Assembly (NCBI GenBank): GCA_012514535.1
Contig: JAAZAA010000056.1
Span: 3,932-67,931, forward strand
Direction of reading: 5' to 3'
Origin: Myxococcales bacterium
GTDB taxonomy: Bacteria; Myxococcota_A; Polyangia; Polyangiales; Polyangiaceae
DNA: 64,000 nt
Part shown: positions 8,171 to 16,351 of the stretch, one piece after another
Layout of the letters: each line of letters begins with the position of its first letter
How positions within the stretch are numbered: position 1 is the first letter of the stretch
Translations under genes and position numbers: made by a program
Notes under the pieces: model-generated
Database searches by the model: none
What the model saw: only the letters and a program-made list of their open reading frames with translations
What the model was told of the DNA's origin: nothing

Positions 8171-9365
8171 GCACGGGCAGCGCGACCTTGATGGAGACGG
8201 TCAAGATCATCAGGCAGAGCGCCCAAATCCCGGCGGTGACGCGCCACTCGGTGAGACTCGGCGCGTACTCCACGAGCTCGTGCAGGGTGCTGGGCACGAA
8301 GCCCGGGACGATCAACCCCATCCCCTTTTCAATCCAGACGCCCACGAAGGCGAGCGCACACGCGACGTTCAAGACCAGCTTGCTCGTACGTGAGGCGGGC
8401 AGGTGGAGCAGCAGCGCCGAGGCGACGTTGAAGGCGACGGCGGACCAGATCCAGGGCACGAGGCCGTGTTTCCCGTGGGATCCGAAGAACAGGTACTTCG
8501 CGGCGGTGGCGTGAGCTCCGCCCGTATAGAAGGCGGTGAACAGCTCGGAGCCGAGCATGAACAGGTTCAGGAGCACGGTCACCCGCAGCACGGAGGCGAG
8601 CGTCCGGAGAGGACCATCGCCGATGTGGAAGTCCGAGTACCTGCGGACGACCTGCAGCAGGAGGATCACGAAGGCGGGCCCCGTGATGAAGGCCGACGCG
8701 ATGAAGCGCGGAGCGAGCAGCGCCGAGTTCCAGAAGGGGCGCCCGCCGAGCCCGCTGTAAAGGAACGCCGTGACGGTGTGGATCGAGACCGCCCAGAAGA
8801 TGGAGAGGAAGACGAAGGGGAGATACCAGCGCTTGGCCGGCTTGCGGCCGAGGAACCGCATGTAGAGCAGGTAGCCGGTGATGTGCAGGTTGAGCAGCAG
8901 ATAGCCGTTCAGCACGATCACGTCCCAGGTGAGCATCGAGATCGGCCAGTTGAAACGGCCGAGCCCGGGCAGCAGATGCCAGAACCTGTCGGGGCGTCCG
9001 AGATCCGCCAACACGAAGGCGAGGCACAGGGAGATCGCCGCGATCGCCAGCATCTCCCCGATCAGCACCACGGAGTGCATCTCGTGGTCGTCGTACAGGT
9101 AGGCGGGGATGACCATCATCACGGCGCCCGCCGCGAGGCCCACCCCGAAGGTAAAGTTGGCGATGTAGAGCCCCCAGGAGACGTGATCGCTCATCCCCGT
9201 GAGGCCCATCCCCTCGACCACCTGATGAGCCCACGCGTTCGCACCCACCAGGGCCACGGCCGTGAGCACCGTCATCCACGCGTAGAAGCGCCAGGTGCCC
9301 TCGAAGCCCAACTTGAAGAGCTGCCAGAGGAAGCGCGGGTAGGTAGCGGCGTGACTCGAGCCCAT
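8049..9365 (-). CDS. NrfD/PsrC-family polytopic membrane quinol-interacting subunit
   Basis: 438 aa with multiple hydrophobic helices. N-terminus (FLWQLFKLGFEGTWRFYAWMTVLTAVALVG...SWGLYIANFTFGVGLAAGAVMM) is typical of NrfD/HybB-type subunits. The ATG lies 4 nt after the FeS gene stop. Confidence 0.85.
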   Translation of the reverse strand: MGSSHAATYPRFLWQLFKLGFEGTWRFYAWMTVLTAVALVGANAWAHQVVEGMGLTGMSDHVSWGLYIANFTFGVGLAAGAVMMVIPAYLYDDHEMHSVVLIGEMLAIAAISLCLAFVLADLGRPDRFWHLLPGLGRFNWPISMLTWDVIVLNGYLLLNLHITGYLLYMRFLGRKPAKRWYLPFVFLSIFWAVSIHTVTAFLYSGLGGRPFWNSALLAPRFIASAFITGPAFVILLLQVVRRYSDFHIGDGPLRTLASVLRVTVLLNLFMLGSELFTAFYTGGAHATAAKYLFFGSHGKHGLVPWIWSAVAFNVASALLLHLPASRTSKLVLNVACALAFVGVWIEKGMGLIVPGFVPSTLHELVEYAPSLTEWRVTAGIWALCLMILTVSIKVALPVLSGRLGLQGTAPARSPAHPNPTRAIPPTEPAERSAAPVAE

Positions 9366-9369
9366 GGGA

Positions 9370-10272
9370 TCACTCGTCGAAGAAGTAGAAGAAGCGAGGG
9401 CGCGTTCCGAGCTCCTCCTTCAGCACGAACACGCGCTTGTTCTCGAGCACCCAGCGGATCTCGCTGTCCGGGTCGAGGAGGTTGCCGAAGACGCGCGCCC
9501 CCGTGGGGCACGCCTCGAGGCAGGCGGGGAGACGCCCTTCCCGGGTCCGATGCAGGCAGAACGTGCACTTCTCCACGACGCCCGCGGGGCGAATGCGGTT
9601 CGAGAGGTAGGCCTGGTCGGGGTTGATGTCCTCGGGGGCGAGCTCTGGCTTGTGCCAGTTGAAGCGCCGCGCGTGGTAGGGGCAAGCTGCCTCGCAGTAG
9701 CGACAGCCGATGCACCAGTTGTAGTCCACGACGACGATGCCGTCGGACTCCTTCCACGTGGCCTGCACGGGGCACACGTCCACGCAAGGAGGATTGTCAC
9801 ACTGCTGACACTGCACCGGCAGGTAGTACTTACCTGGCGCGGGCACCTCGTGGTCGTAGGTCGCGTTGCCCTGCTCCAGGTCGAAGGAGCCCTGATCCAT
9901 CTCGAGCACCCGGATGTACGAGTTGTTCGTCGCTCGATCGTGGTTGTTCTCCTCGTGGCAGGCCTCGGCGCAGCGGCGGCACCCGATGCACACGCTCAGG
10001 TTCAGCGCGTAACCGAACTGCACGTCCTCCATCGGGCGGACGTCGCGGATGTGGACGTCGCGCCCGTACTCGGCGGCCGTCTCCTCCTCCAGGCGCCTCA
10101 GCACCCGCTCCATCTCCTCCTTGTCGAGTTCGCGGTAGTGACGCTGGAGGAACTCGTCGAGGCTGAGGTCCCGCGCCCACTCCCGGAGCGGCGCCATGGC
10201 CTGCGCGAAGGCGCCGGCCCCCAACGTGGTGCCCACCACCTTCAGGGCGACACGTCGATTGACCTTAGTCAT
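9370..10272 (-). CDS. Tat-exported 4Fe-4S ferredoxin-type subunit (NrfC/HybA/PsrB-like)
   Basis: I chose internal ATG 10272, giving twin-arginine signal MTKVNRRVALKVVGTTLGAGAFAQA. Several CxxCxxCxxxC clusters (CIGCRRCAEAC, CQQCDNPPCVDVC, CIGCRYCEAAC, CTFCLHR). The ATG overlaps the upstream cytochrome stop by 8 nt (ATGACTAA). Confidence 0.85.
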   Translation of the reverse strand: MTKVNRRVALKVVGTTLGAGAFAQAMAPLREWARDLSLDEFLQRHYRELDKEEMERVLRRLEEETAAEYGRDVHIRDVRPMEDVQFGYALNLSVCIGCRRCAEACHEENNHDRATNNSYIRVLEMDQGSFDLEQGNATYDHEVPAPGKYYLPVQCQQCDNPPCVDVCPVQATWKESDGIVVVDYNWCIGCRYCEAACPYHARRFNWHKPELAPEDINPDQAYLSNRIRPAGVVEKCTFCLHRTREGRLPACLEACPTGARVFGNLLDPDSEIRWVLENKRVFVLKEELGTRPRFFYFFDE

Positions 10273-10879
10273 GGGGGGCCTCCGGGGCGTGCGTGGGCTC
10301 GGACAGGAAGCGATCGCGCGGCGGGTGCACCGGGTGGCCCCCCCGATACGCGGGCTCGTGAGGGTCGTGGCAATCGACGCAATGATTGCGGCGCCGCTCC
10401 CCCCGCGAGAGGTCCCAGTACCCGCGCATGCCGCCGTGGGATCCACGCCGGTAGTCGCGGGTCTGGGGGCCGTGGCACTGCGCGCAGAGCTGGAGCGCCT
10501 CGCTCCCGGGCAACACCTCTCCACTGGCGAGGCGCAGCTCGTGCGTCCGCTCGTCGTCGTGACAGGAGCTGCAGTGGAGCTCGCCGTGACGAACCGTCAG
10601 GCCAGCGTGGAACTCACGCAGCTCTCCGGCCGCATCGGGCAACGAGGTGGCGCTCCGCTGCGCGTGGCAGCTGACGCAGGCGACTCGACGGGGTCGCCCC
10701 AGAGCATCGAGCTGCCCGCTCGGCACGCCGCCGAGTCGGGAGCCGTCGATGATCACCCGCCCGCTGGGCAGGCCGGGAGCGGCTCCGAGCTCTTGCATGC
10801 GCGGAGCGTCGGGTCGGTTGCACGCCGCGGCGCAACCGATGAGGAAGAAGCAGAAGGGGAGCGAGACTCGTTGCGGCAC
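10265..10879 (-). CDS. Tetraheme c-type cytochrome, predicted lipoprotein
   Basis: Four CxxCH motifs (CVSCH, CSSCH, CAQCH, CVDCH). In-frame GTG 10879 gives (M)PQRVSLPFCFFLIGCAAAC, a lipoprotein-type signal. The longer ORF-track N-terminus is Arg-rich junk. Confidence 0.75.
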   Translation of the reverse strand: MPQRVSLPFCFFLIGCAAACNRPDAPRMQELGAAPGLPSGRVIIDGSRLGGVPSGQLDALGRPRRVACVSCHAQRSATSLPDAAGELREFHAGLTVRHGELHCSSCHDDERTHELRLASGEVLPGSEALQLCAQCHGPQTRDYRRGSHGGMRGYWDLSRGERRRNHCVDCHDPHEPAYRGGHPVHPPRDRFLSEPTHAPEAPHD

Positions 10880-10895
10880 CTGTAGGCGAGCGCTC

Positions 10896-10911
10896 TGCAG
10901 GGGACGTGCCA
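10896..10911 (-). promoter_or_regulatory. sigma-54-type -24/-12 promoter-like motif in front of the cytochrome c/FeS/NrfD operon
   Basis: Minus strand reads cTGGCAC-GTCCC-CTGCAg, one mismatch to TGGCAC-N5-TTGCA. GTG 10879 lies 18 nt after the -12 C. Confidence 0.55.
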
Positions 10912-10961
10912 GAAGCGCCCTCGACGTCGTCCTCCCTCCCGACGCAACCCCGGGGCGCGTC

Positions 10962-10973
10962 TGTCGATCGACA
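10962..10973. promoter_or_regulatory. Perfect 12-bp palindrome between divergent nap and cytochrome operons
   Basis: TGTCGATCGACA. It lies ~50 bp upstream of the cytochrome-operon -24 element and ~125 bp upstream of the napD -24 element. Confidence 0.4.
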
Positions 10974-11097
10974 CGGCCCGTGACGGTGTGAGGGGACGCG
11001 TCGATTTTTGCGGAGGTGGTCGGTGATGCGTGCAGCTTCTGCGGCGATGGTCCGACGTGACTCCGACAGTGCCGCCGTCTTCGCGCTCTCCGTGCCC

Positions 11098-11113
11098 TGG
11101 CGCGTGTCTTGCT
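11098..11113 (+). promoter_or_regulatory. sigma-54-type -24/-12 promoter-like motif in front of napD
   Basis: cTGGCGC-GTGTC-TTGCTt. napD ATG 11134 lies 22 nt after the -12 C. It shares the extended -12 string CTTGCTTGAG with the nnrS site. Confidence 0.55.
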
Positions 11114-11133
11114 TGAGGAGAACCGAATCTCCG

Positions 11134-11430
11134 ATGGCAATTAGCGGATTGGTCATCACCTTGGACGACGATCCAGAGCGCCGACGGGCGGCGCTCGCGG
11201 CTCTGCGCGCCGACGAGCGGCTGACCCTCGGAGAGCCCACGGGGAACCACCTCCCCCTGATCGCGGAGACGCGGCGGGCGCGCGAGGGCGTCGAGCTCAT
11301 CGAAGACCTGTTCACGCAGCCTGGCGTTCGGTTCGTCGACGTCGTCAGCGTGGACATGAGCGACGAGCTCGAGGACGGCGATCCAGCGTCCGCCGACTCC
11401 GTCGGGGACCCCAGCCACGAGGAAGGATGA
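11134..11430 (+). CDS. napD: NapD-like chaperone for periplasmic nitrate reductase
   Basis: Starts MAISGLVITLDDDPERR, comparable to the NapD core beta-strand (E. coli ...VCSLVVQA...). ~98 aa. Its stop overlaps the napA ATG (ATGA). The ORF-track start 11008 adds junk. Confidence 0.7.
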   Translation: MAISGLVITLDDDPERRRAALAALRADERLTLGEPTGNHLPLIAETRRAREGVELIEDLFTQPGVRFVDVVSVDMSDELEDGDPASADSVGDPSHEEG

Positions 11431-13838
11431 GGATGGAGCGGCGACAGTTCATCAAGAACGCGGCCATGGCGAGCGCGACGGTAGCCGCCACCCGACTGGC
11501 GCTGGGCAAGGATCCCCCGAAGCCGGACTCCCTCCCCCCCACCCCCGGCGTCACCTGGGACAAGGCGCCCTGTCGTTTCTGCGGCACCGGGTGTCACGTC
11601 CAGGTGGGCGTGAAGAACGGCAAGGTCGTGGCCATCGCCGGGGATCGCAAGGCGGAGGTCAACAAGGGGCTGCTCTGCGTGAAGGGCTATCACGTGGGGC
11701 TCGCCCTGTACGGCAAGGACCGCCTCACACGGCCGCTGCTGCGCAAGGGGGACCGCTTCGAGCCGATCGGCTGGGACCAGGCGCTCGAGATCGTCGCGCG
11801 GCGCATCTTCGACGATCCCGAGGGGTTCGCCATCTACGGCAGCGGGCAGTGGACCATCCCTGAGGGGTACGCCGCCCTCAAGCTCGTGAAGGCCGGCCTC
11901 GGCACGAACAACATCGATCCCAACGCGCGCCTGTGCATGGCCTCCGCCGTCACCGGCTTCTTGGCGACCTACGGCGTCGACGAGCCGGCGGGCTGCTACG
12001 ACGACCTCGACGAGTGCGACGTGCTCATCATGTGGGGAAACAACCCCGCAGAGATGCACCCGGTCCTGTTCTCGCGGGTCATCGACCGCCGCTCCCGGGG
12101 CGAGAAGGTGACCCTGATCGACATCGGGACCCGGCGCACCCGCACCTCCGAACACTGCCAGCACCACCTGCTCTTCAAGCCGCACACCGACATCGCCGTC
12201 GCGAACGGTATCCTCCACCTGCTCCTCGAGCGCGGGACCTACGATCGCGCCTTCGTGGAGAAGCACTGTCGCTTCCGGGCGGACAGCGATCCCGCGACGT
12301 TGCAGGGTAAGGAAATCGGGTTCGACGAGTTCAAGCGGAGGCTCGCGGAGTACACCCCCGAACGGGTTCAGCAAATCTCCGGCGTGTCGGCTCAGGACAT
12401 TCGCATGCTCGCCGACCTGTTCGGTCGGCGCGATCTGCGCATCACCAGCTTGTGGTGCATGGGCCCCAATCAGCACACGCGCGGTACTGCGATCAACACG
12501 CTCATCCACGCGGTCCACCTGCTCAGCGGACACTTCGGTCGTCCCGGGGACGCGCCGACCAGCCTCACCGGGCAGCCCTCCGCCTGCGGAACCGTGCGCG
12601 AGGTGGGCACCCTGGCCCACGCCCTCCCCGGCGGCCTCGTCGTGTCCCAAGCCGAAGATCGCAAGAAGGCGGAGAAGCTCTGGAACCTGCCGGAGGGGCG
12701 CGTTTCCGGGAAGCCCGGGCCGCACACCGTCGAGCTGTGGCGCCGCTTCTCCACCCCCAAGGACGAGGGCGGCACCATCAACACCGTCTGGGTGCAGGTG
12801 ACGAACCCCGCGCGCTCCCTGCCGAACGTCAACGAGCTGTTCGAGCCGAGTCGCCGCATCGACGGCAAGTTCCTCATCGTCTCCGACGTGTACCCCTCCG
12901 CCACCGCCCAGGCGGCGGACCTCATCCTGCCCTCGGCGATGTGGGTCGAGAAGAACGGCATGGTGGGCAACTCCGAGCGGCGCACCCAGCAATGGTTCCG
13001 CATGGTGAAGCCGCCAGGGGAGGCCCGGGACGACGCCTGGCAGCTCATCGCGGTGGCCCGCAAGCTCTACGAGCTCGGCCATCCGGGGATGAAGGACAAG
13101 GACGGGCGCTTCCTCTTCGCCATGGAGCAGGGGGGCGTCGAGGTGCCCGTGTGGGACTACCGCCACTACTACGACATCAACGTCGACTCACGGCTGTTCG
13201 AGGAGTACCGGACCTTCACGCGCTTCAAGCACAAGGATCTCGCCCCCTACGACGAGTACGTGAAGGCGCGGGGCCTCCGTTGGCCCGTGGTGGAGCAGCC
13301 CGACGGCACCTGGCGGGAGACCAAGTTCCGCTTCGCGGGCTTCGACGACCCCTACGTGAAGAAGGGACAGGAGTTCGACTTCTATCACTCCACCACCAAG
13401 GACGGCCGGGCGCAGATCTGGTTCCGGCCCTATCAGCCGCCGCCGGAGGTGCCCGACGCCGAGTATCCCTTCTGGCTGTGCACCGGGCGCGTGCTGGAGC
13501 ACTGGCACACGGGCACGATGACGATGCGCATCCCCCAGCTCCGGAGGGCGATGCCCCAGGCGTACGTCGAGCTGAACCCCGCAGACGCGAAGAAGCTGCG
13601 GGTGACCAGCGGCGACCTGGTGGTGCTCGAGTCGCGGCGCGGACAGCTCGAGTTGCCCGCGTGGATCGAGGGGCGCGGCGCGCCGCCGCCGGGGACCGTG
13701 TTCGTCCCGTTCTTCGACGAGTCGCTGCCCATCAACCGCGTGACCCTCGACGCCCACGACCCCTTCTCCAAGCAGCCGGACTACAAGAAATGCGCCGTGC
13801 GCGTCCGCAGGAGCGCCCGCCGCATCGCACGCCCATGA
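11427..13838 (+). CDS. napA: Periplasmic nitrate reductase catalytic subunit NapA (Mo-bisMGD, 4Fe-4S)
   Basis: Tat signal MRMERRQFIKNAAMASATVAATRLALG. N-terminal cluster CRFCGTGCHV...LCVKGY. Long colinear similarity to NapA as remembered (ANGILHLL, FWLCTGRVLEHWHTGTMT, FVPFFDE). Confidence 0.95.
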   Translation: MRMERRQFIKNAAMASATVAATRLALGKDPPKPDSLPPTPGVTWDKAPCRFCGTGCHVQVGVKNGKVVAIAGDRKAEVNKGLLCVKGYHVGLALYGKDRLTRPLLRKGDRFEPIGWDQALEIVARRIFDDPEGFAIYGSGQWTIPEGYAALKLVKAGLGTNNIDPNARLCMASAVTGFLATYGVDEPAGCYDDLDECDVLIMWGNNPAEMHPVLFSRVIDRRSRGEKVTLIDIGTRRTRTSEHCQHHLLFKPHTDIAVANGILHLLLERGTYDRAFVEKHCRFRADSDPATLQGKEIGFDEFKRRLAEYTPERVQQISGVSAQDIRMLADLFGRRDLRITSLWCMGPNQHTRGTAINTLIHAVHLLSGHFGRPGDAPTSLTGQPSACGTVREVGTLAHALPGGLVVSQAEDRKKAEKLWNLPEGRVSGKPGPHTVELWRRFSTPKDEGGTINTVWVQVTNPARSLPNVNELFEPSRRIDGKFLIVSDVYPSATAQAADLILPSAMWVEKNGMVGNSERRTQQWFRMVKPPGEARDDAWQLIAVARKLYELGHPGMKDKDGRFLFAMEQGGVEVPVWDYRHYYDINVDSRLFEEYRTFTRFKHKDLAPYDEYVKARGLRWPVVEQPDGTWRETKFRFAGFDDPYVKKGQEFDFYHSTTKDGRAQIWFRPYQPPPEVPDAEYPFWLCTGRVLEHWHTGTMTMRIPQLRRAMPQAYVELNPADAKKLRVTSGDLVVLESRRGQLELPAWIEGRGAPPPGTVFVPFFDESLPINRVTLDAHDPFSKQPDYKKCAVRVRRSARRIARP

Positions 13839-14590
13839 GCACTCCCGCCCCCGAACCCTCCGACGTCCTCCGCCACCGCATCTGGCACGTTGTGGGTGCG
13901 GTGGCCGTCGGCGTCGCGGCCGCCGGATTCCTGGCGGGCGTCGCGGGCCCCCCCGAGCGCGCGACGCCTCCTCGAGGAGAGGCGCCCGCCACGGAGGGCC
14001 CCGCCGTCCGCCGCTACTCCGAGATGGGCTCCGAACCGCGCGGTCCGAACGCGAACCTGTACGAGCGCGGCACCTCGGTCCTCGCGGTCGAGCGGGACCC
14101 CTACGCGGTCGTGGAGCGCACGGACGCCGAGCGCGCGGCTGCCCTCCGCGCCCGGGACGCGCGACGGGCCTACGACGGCGCGCCTCCCACGATCCCGCAT
14201 CCCATCGATCAGCGCCGGGCGCCGGACTGCTTGGCGTGCCACGGAGCGGCGGTCCAGATCGACGGCAAGATCGCCCCGACGATGAGCCATCCCCGCTACG
14301 ACAGCTGCACCCAGTGTCACGTCGTGGCCGCCGATCCACGCCCCGGCGGCGCGGCCCCGGAGGGAGTGGCCAACACCTTCGTGGGGACCTCGTCGGAGAA
14401 CCCGGGAGCGCGCGCGTGGCCAGGAGCTCCCCCGACGATCCCCCACGCGACGTCCATGCGCACGGACTGCCTGAGCTGCCACGGCTCCTTGGGGCGCGTG
14501 GGACTGCGCACGAGCCACCCCTGGCGCCAGAGCTGCACCCAGTGCCACGCCCCCTCCGCGGAGCTCGATCAGCGCGGACCAACCCCGTAG
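13835..14590 (+). CDS. napB: NapB-type cytochrome c with two tandem NapB modules (four CxxCH)
   Basis: The ATG overlaps the napA stop (ATGA). N-terminal TM/signal anchor HVVGAVAVGVAAAGFLAGVAG. Module 1 is GAPPTIPH...DCLACHG...MSHP...SCTQCH. Module 2 is GAPPTIPH...DCLSCHG...TSHP...SCTQCH. Confidence 0.8.
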   Translation: MSTPAPEPSDVLRHRIWHVVGAVAVGVAAAGFLAGVAGPPERATPPRGEAPATEGPAVRRYSEMGSEPRGPNANLYERGTSVLAVERDPYAVVERTDAERAAALRARDARRAYDGAPPTIPHPIDQRRAPDCLACHGAAVQIDGKIAPTMSHPRYDSCTQCHVVAADPRPGGAAPEGVANTFVGTSSENPGARAWPGAPPTIPHATSMRTDCLSCHGSLGRVGLRTSHPWRQSCTQCHAPSAELDQRGPTP

Positions 14591-14603
14591 GACCACCCCG
14601 CTC

Positions 14604-14993
14604 ATGTCCCTCCCGCGCCTCGACGTGCCTACGGCGGCCGCGCCAACCGAACCCTCCGCGCGCGCCGTCGACCCCTCTCCCGCAGGGGAGCCCCCCTTGC
14701 CGCCCCTGCAGACCGCGATCCTCGACGAGGCGACCCTCGAACGCCTCTTCCGCGAGATCGCCGCCCTCCCTAGGGCTCCCGAGGTGATCGTGAAGTGGGC
14801 TCCTCGGGAGCACACCCCCGACGCACGCACGTCGCTGGCCGAGGCCCGTGACGCGCTCGGCGATGGCCGCGCCTTCGGGCTGCAGCTCCGGTATCTCCTC
14901 GACGGCTCCCTCTGGTTCGACACCCTGATGCGAGTGGAGGGGGGCGTGCGGCTGGTGCGCATCGCCCATCCCCTGCCGCCATCGTCGAGCTGA
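14604..14993 (+). CDS. Hypothetical protein, last gene of nap operon
   Basis: 129-aa ORF 13 nt after napB. No Cys, no TM segment, no motif I recognise. Codon usage looks coding. Confidence 0.45.
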   Translation: MSLPRLDVPTAAAPTEPSARAVDPSPAGEPPLPPLQTAILDEATLERLFREIAALPRAPEVIVKWAPREHTPDARTSLAEARDALGDGRAFGLQLRYLLDGSLWFDTLMRVEGGVRLVRIAHPLPPSSS

Positions 14994-15094
14994 CGTGCGC
15001 GCAAGGTCGGCGTGACACCGCGGGTCGAGCGGGGCGCCGACGCCGATTCTGCGTGGAGGGCCTACGCCCTTGGCCCCGGGGACCCGCCGTTCCT

Positions 15095-15110
15095 CGGCAT
15101 ACCCCTTGCT
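15095..15110 (+). promoter_or_regulatory. sigma-54-type -24/-12 promoter-like motif in front of nnrS
   Basis: CGGCAT-ACCCC-TTGCTt followed by GAGAGAGATC and in-frame GTG 15122, 13 nt after the -12 C. Confidence 0.5.
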
Positions 15111-15121
15111 TGAGAGAGATC

Positions 15122-16348
15122 GTGAGCTTCGTTTCCTTGCGACTGCCGAGCAGTGAGCAGCCCTCCGCCGCCCCGAACCTCGCCCGCGCGGGCGCCGTCT
15201 TGGGCCGCATGGGGTTTCGCCCGTTCTTCCTGCTGGCTGCGCTGTTCTCCGCGGTGGCCATCCCCCTGTGGGTGCTCGCGCTGCAGGGGCGAGTGCAGCT
15301 CCGGGTTCCAGGAGGTGCTCTGTTTTGGCACACGCACGAGATGGTCTTCGGCTACACGGTCGCCGTGATCGCCGGCTTCTTGCTGACGGCCGTCACCCGC
15401 TGGACCGATCGAAGCACCGCGACCGGCGGACTCCTCTACGCCCTCGCGGGGGTCTGGATCCTGGGACGTGTCGCCGTGCTGCTCGCCGGACACCTGCCGG
15501 GCACCCTCGTCGCCGTGGTGGACCTGTCGTTCCTCCCGCTCGTCGCCTGGGCCATCGGCAGACCCATCTACGCGTCGCGCAACCGTCGCAACTACGCGAT
15601 GGTCGGGATCCTGGTCGGACTGGGGGGAGCCAACCTGGCGGTGCACCTGGACAGCCTCGGGGTCGCGCCCGGTGGGGCCCCCTGGGGGCTCCGCCTGGGG
15701 CTCAATCTGATCACCCTGATGATGCTCATCATCGGCGCGCGGGTGATTCCGATGTTCACTCGGAACGCAGTGGGCGACTCGAGGATCCAATCCGCGCGTA
15801 GCTGGGACGTGGCGACCGCGCTGGGCGCCGTCGCCCTCACGGTCGCCGACGTCGTCGCTGCGCCCGCCCCCATCCAGGCCGCGCTCGGCGGGGGAACGGC
15901 GCTGGTGGCGCTGGTGGCGGCGCGGCGCTGGGGAACGCGCGCGAGCCTCCGTAACCCGATGCTGTGGGTGCTCCACTTCGGCTACTTCTGGATCCCCATC
16001 GCGCTCCTGCTGCGGGCCGCGCACTTCGCCGGACTGCCCGTCGCTCACAGCACGGCGGTGCACGCCCTCACCGCGGGCGCCATCGGCACGCTCACCTTGG
16101 GCATGATGGCGCGGGTCACCCTCGGTCATAGCGGGCGCATCATCACGACGTCCCCGCTGACCACGGCGTGCTTCGCCGCGATCACGGCGGCGGCCCTCCT
16201 CCGGGTGACCGTTCCGGAGCTGGCGCCTCCCCTCACGGCCCACGCGTGGCTCTGCGCGGGCATCGCCTGGACGCTCGCCTTCCTCGGCTACGCGGTGCGC
16301 TTTGGTCCGATGCTGCTCAGTCCTCGCGTCGACGGGAAGGCTGGATGA
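15122..16348 (+). CDS. nnrS: NnrS-family heme/copper membrane protein (NO-stress associated)
   Basis: GFRPFFLLAALFSAVAIPLWV...HTHEMVFGYTVAVIAGFLLTAV with ~12 TM helices. I prefer GTG 15122, which leaves ~29 aa before GFRPFF as in other NnrS proteins. The ORF track starts at 15053. Confidence 0.85.
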   Translation: MSFVSLRLPSSEQPSAAPNLARAGAVLGRMGFRPFFLLAALFSAVAIPLWVLALQGRVQLRVPGGALFWHTHEMVFGYTVAVIAGFLLTAVTRWTDRSTATGGLLYALAGVWILGRVAVLLAGHLPGTLVAVVDLSFLPLVAWAIGRPIYASRNRRNYAMVGILVGLGGANLAVHLDSLGVAPGGAPWGLRLGLNLITLMMLIIGARVIPMFTRNAVGDSRIQSARSWDVATALGAVALTVADVVAAPAPIQAALGGGTALVALVAARRWGTRASLRNPMLWVLHFGYFWIPIALLLRAAHFAGLPVAHSTAVHALTAGAIGTLTLGMMARVTLGHSGRIITTSPLTTACFAAITAAALLRVTVPELAPPLTAHAWLCAGIAWTLAFLGYAVRFGPMLLSPRVDGKAG

Positions 16349-16351
16349 ACC

